This document shows positions 36,124-38,319 of a stretch of DNA of 38,319 nt, in pieces. How positions within the stretch are numbered: position 1 is the first letter of the stretch; every line of letters starts with the position of its first letter. This stretch comes from a virus (taxonomy: Duplodnaviria > Caudoviricetes). Where the stretch lies: IMG/VR virus record IMGVR_UViG_3300025324_000023, positions 1 through 38,319 of that record; one strand, 5' to 3'. Both the position numbers and the translations under genes were made by a program. The notes under the pieces are model-generated. The model saw nothing but the letters and a program-made list of their open reading frames with translations, had not been told where the DNA came from and ran no database searches.

Positions 36124-36126
36124 ATG

Positions 36127-36330
36127 TTATAACTTTCTAGCAATACGGTTCCATTTCTTTAATGCTTTTTTTAATGTTTTGCAGAGTCCTGTATCTTTCA
36201 TGCAAATTGGGCAATAAATTTTCCATAAGATTGTATTGCTATAAATTTGAACAGAGGATTTGATGTGTTGTGAACAGGGGATAATTTTTGATTCAAGTTC
36301 TTTAATTTCAGTAGCTTTTAAAAATGACAT
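36127..36330 (-). CDS. Lar (restriction alleviation)-like small protein
   Basis: 'IIPC....IYCPIC...TG......ALKKWNR' pattern. Confidence 0.5.
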   Translation of the reverse strand: MSFLKATEIKELESKIIPCSQHIKSSVQIYSNTILWKIYCPICMKDTGLCKTLKKALKKWNRIARKL

Positions 36331-36349
36331 ACTTTTATATTAAATAAAT

Positions 36350-36414
36350 AGGGGGAATCTCTGGTCAACCATATCAGGTCCCCTCCCTTTTAATGATTAA
36401 GCCAGAGATCCCCT
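36350..36414 (-). promoter_or_regulatory. Long hairpin with an SD-like loop
   Basis: Minus strand AGGGGATCTCTGG-C-TTAATCAT...ATGGTTGA-CCAGAGAT-T-CCCCCT, followed by ATTTATTT. Confidence 0.5.
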
Positions 36415-36423
36415 GATGTTCTG

Positions 36424-36612
36424 TTACATCACAGCTAAAGTATTATTCCGGTTTTTAGGATATGATTTCCTGTGTTTAGGAGTTTGAATAATATCTATAA
36501 ACTTCTTAGAAGAGAAATAATCCGTATGATTTCTTTTGACATGCCAATTTATATCGGCTTTACTTCTTAGATGGACATGGCAAGTTATAAAGGGGCATTT
36601 TAAACTTGGCAT
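36424..36612 (-). CDS. C2H2 zinc-finger miniprotein
   Basis: C-x4-C-x12-H-x4-H (CPFITCHVHLRSKADINWHVKRNH). Confidence 0.6.
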   Translation of the reverse strand: MPSLKCPFITCHVHLRSKADINWHVKRNHTDYFSSKKFIDIIQTPKHRKSYPKNRNNTLAVM

Positions 36613-36680
36613 TATTTTATCCCTGAGAATAGTCTTTCTATTTGTGGATAGTCATCCACTTTTATTATTTATTTGAATTA

Positions 36681-36788
36681 CTATTTTCCAAAACAACATC
36701 TTGCCGCAGCAAAAGTAAGCAAAACAGAAATATAAGAAAAGATTGATATAATAATACCATAGAGATCTTCTTTATTAAATTTTTTCAT
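36681..36788 (-). CDS. 35-aa single-TM miniprotein (not in ORF track)
   Basis: AAGGA SD; MKKFNKEDLYGIIISIFSYISVLLTFAAARCCFGK*. Confidence 0.45.
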   Translation of the reverse strand: MKKFNKEDLYGIIISIFSYISVLLTFAAARCCFGK

Positions 36789-36813
36789 TTAAGCAATCCT
36801 TTCATGTGGATAG

Positions 36814-37197
36814 TCATCCACCTTCGGAACATTTATTTTCTTTAATAATAAACGTATATCTTCCTCCGCGATGACTCGAATCCCAGCATTTAGCCCAGAA
36901 GAGTTTATTTTCTTTTAAGGCATAGACTAAATCTTCGTTGTCGGACCATCCTCCTGTACATAATTCGTAAGTATCGGCCATCGATTCAAAAGGTATTATT
37001 CCAAGGATTTCTATTCCAGGATGACTATCTATTCTTGTATGATTCCATTTCCCATAATTATGATTCCACAATTCATAAACGAAAGCCAACAAACTTGTCC
37101 AATTATCATCCTCCCATTCGATTATTTTTTTTAATTCATTTATGCGAGGATAGAGATTCATTCTGCAATTCCAACAGTCGTTTTCTTTTTTCTCCAT
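36814..37197 (-). CDS. Hypothetical phage protein
   Basis: 127 aa, Trp-rich, 'TGGWSDNE...W.SSHRGGRY.F'. Confidence 0.65.
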   Translation of the reverse strand: MEKKENDCWNCRMNLYPRINELKKIIEWEDDNWTSLLAFVYELWNHNYGKWNHTRIDSHPGIEILGIIPFESMADTYELCTGGWSDNEDLVYALKENKLFWAKCWDSSHRGGRYTFIIKENKCSEGG

Positions 37198-37370
37198 CCT
37201 TGGTCAAGCAGTTGGAATGCGAGTCGTCGTATCCATTCTGGATAAATTATCTTCTTTGGATTCGGCATATAACCAAGGAGATCAGCGACTAAATCCCGAA
37301 TTAGTATATCGACATCGATACTTGTATATTTTAAATCTCCTATATTTTTATTCTCATCATGCCAGCACAT
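37158..37370 (-). CDS. Hypothetical protein
   Basis: 70 aa ORF continuing the operon. Confidence 0.45.
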   Translation of the reverse strand: MCWHDENKNIGDLKYTSIDVDILIRDLVADLLGYMPNPKKIIYPEWIRRLAFQLLDQGWRKKKTTVGIAE

Positions 37371-37375
37371 ATTTT

Positions 37376-37585
37376 TTACTCTGCTTTCCAGCTTCTATAT
37401 TTCAGAATATCCCTGGTTGCGCCATAGGATAATCCAGATCTAGCGGCGACATGGGCAATTGAAATTGTATCTCGGACACGATTTTCATTCCAGTATTTTT
37501 GGCGATGTTGACCATAGAACTGGCGCATCCAATTAACAATTTCCCACGTAGCGACAGCTCTACCATTTTTCTCTCCTTCTCTCAT
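37376..37585 (-). CDS. Small HTH DNA-binding protein
   Basis: AAGGGAG SD, then MREGEKNGRAVATWEIV..MR...SIAHVAARSGLSYGATRDILKYRSWK; resembles the C-terminal HTH module of phage HNH proteins. Confidence 0.6.
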   Translation of the reverse strand: MREGEKNGRAVATWEIVNWMRQFYGQHRQKYWNENRVRDTISIAHVAARSGLSYGATRDILKYRSWKAE

Positions 37586-37862
37586 CTTGATTATCTCCCT
37601 TGTGTGGATAGTCATCCACCTGTGGATAGTCATCCACTTGTGGATAGTCATCCACTTCACTTAATTTATTTGTCATCTCCCAAATCTTTCTTTTTGCGTT
37701 AAAAAATTCCGTCATTTTTGCAAGATAATCTATTTTTTGGGAATCTCTTTCTTCCAAGGATTTAACAAATAATTGCATGCTGAAAAGTAATGTAAGATCA
37801 AAAGGATTCTCATTCCTATTTTGGTCATTCATATCATTAAGACTATTCTTGATATTAATCAA
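37560..37862 (-). CDS. Hypothetical protein whose C-terminus reads through the tandem repeat (VDDYPQ/H x3)
   Basis: 100 aa ORF. Confidence 0.45.
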   Translation of the reverse strand: MINIKNSLNDMNDQNRNENPFDLTLLFSMQLFVKSLEERDSQKIDYLAKMTEFFNAKRKIWEMTNKLSEVDDYPQVDDYPQVDDYPHKGDNQDERRREKW

Positions 37863-38169
37863 TGACAGGCCGAACCATATTATTGAGCCAATCTTTTTCC
37901 CTCACTTGCCCAAATTCCCAAATACCAGGATTAATTAGGATTTCTTTATGTTCATCATGTTTTAATTTAACTGGTTTTTCAACTTCAACAAAAAACATAT
38001 GATTTTCTGATTCATATATTTTTATATTGGTATCTTCTAATTGATGTTTATGCCCCGTTTTTTCCCCATATGCTAAAATACCATCTTCACGTATTACTTT
38101 TATTTTTTCCGGCATTCTATCTACTTTTTCCAGCCATACATCGCCTTGCTGTAATTGATTATTATTCAT
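37855..38169 (-). CDS. Conserved His-rich phage protein (QGDV...GExTGHxH...HxEH)
   Basis: AGGAGG SD; 'QQGDVWL','LAYGEKTGHKH','LKHDEH','PGIW...VRE.D'. Confidence 0.75.
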   Translation of the reverse strand: MNNNQLQQGDVWLEKVDRMPEKIKVIREDGILAYGEKTGHKHQLEDTNIKIYESENHMFFVEVEKPVKLKHDEHKEILINPGIWEFGQVREKDWLNNMVRPVID

Positions 38170-38211
38170 TAAGTCCTCCTATTTAATTTATTGAAATAGA
38201 CTTTTAAATTA

Positions 38212-38319
38212 TTAAACAAAATTCCTGATGCGATCCCTGATGCGATCCTTGATGTGATCCCTGATGCAATCACCGACGCTATTCCAGATGCGATCCCTCA
38301 TGCGACCCCTGATGCGATC
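38212..38319 (-). CDS. C-terminal end of a tetrapeptide-repeat protein (degenerate 12-bp tandem repeat)
   Basis: About eight degenerate CCTGATGCGATC units; translates as DRIRGRMRDRIWNSVGDCIRDHIKDRIRDRIRNFV*. Confidence 0.55.
   Translation of the reverse strand, partial: DRIRGRMRDRIWNSVGDCIRDHIKDRIRDRIRNFV

Larger units (their letters stand above)
36643..37655. repeat. Five exact copies of the 17-mer TGTGGATAGTCATCCAC (palindromic core GTGGAT-N4-ATCCAC)
   Basis: Copies at 36643, 36805, 37603, 37621 and 37639; the last three are tandem with an 18-bp period. Confidence 0.9.

Noticed and set aside
36643-37655. CRISPR array
   Set aside because: The repeat is only 17 bp, the spacings are 145, 781, 1 and 1 nt, and no cas genes are present.
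37586-37660. N-terminal (K/R)WMTIH repeats of ORF 37376..37660
   Set aside because: This is a by-product of the DNA repeat; a good SD supports the start at 37585.
1-38319. tRNA/rRNA genes, integrase, att sites, alternative genetic code
   Set aside because: None recognised by eye, and the long genes translate intact with the standard bacterial code.

Overview
This window is the late (morphogenesis) region of a tailed dsDNA phage or prophage with a siphovirus-like layout, and almost every gene is on the minus strand. From right to left: small accessory ORFs, terminase small and large subunits, portal, a MuF-like head morphogenesis protein carrying an intein, a prohead protease/scaffold, a decoration-like protein, a Mu gpT-like major capsid, neck and tail-completion genes, tail tube, tail chaperones, tape measure and tail tip/fibre genes. 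No integrase, replication or lysis genes are visible, and the host cannot be assigned. Two things stand out. (1) A nonulosonic (sialic)-acid module is built into the structural operon: NeuA, NeuB plus its TIM-barrel partner, a cobalamin radical-SAM enzyme, a SAM methyltransferase and a BNR sialidase. Three Maf/DUF115-type putative nonulosonate transferases lie directly beside the capsid, decoration and tail tube genes, which suggests phage-encoded sialylation-like glycosylation of the virion. (2) The MuF intein has no recognisable in-frame homing endonuclease. Instead it carries a complete HTH + Vsr/DUF559-like endonuclease gene on the opposite strand, in codon register, whose candidate -10 boxes, SD and ATG are spelled by the intein's C-terminal splicing region. 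All family assignments come from reading motifs by eye; no searches were run.
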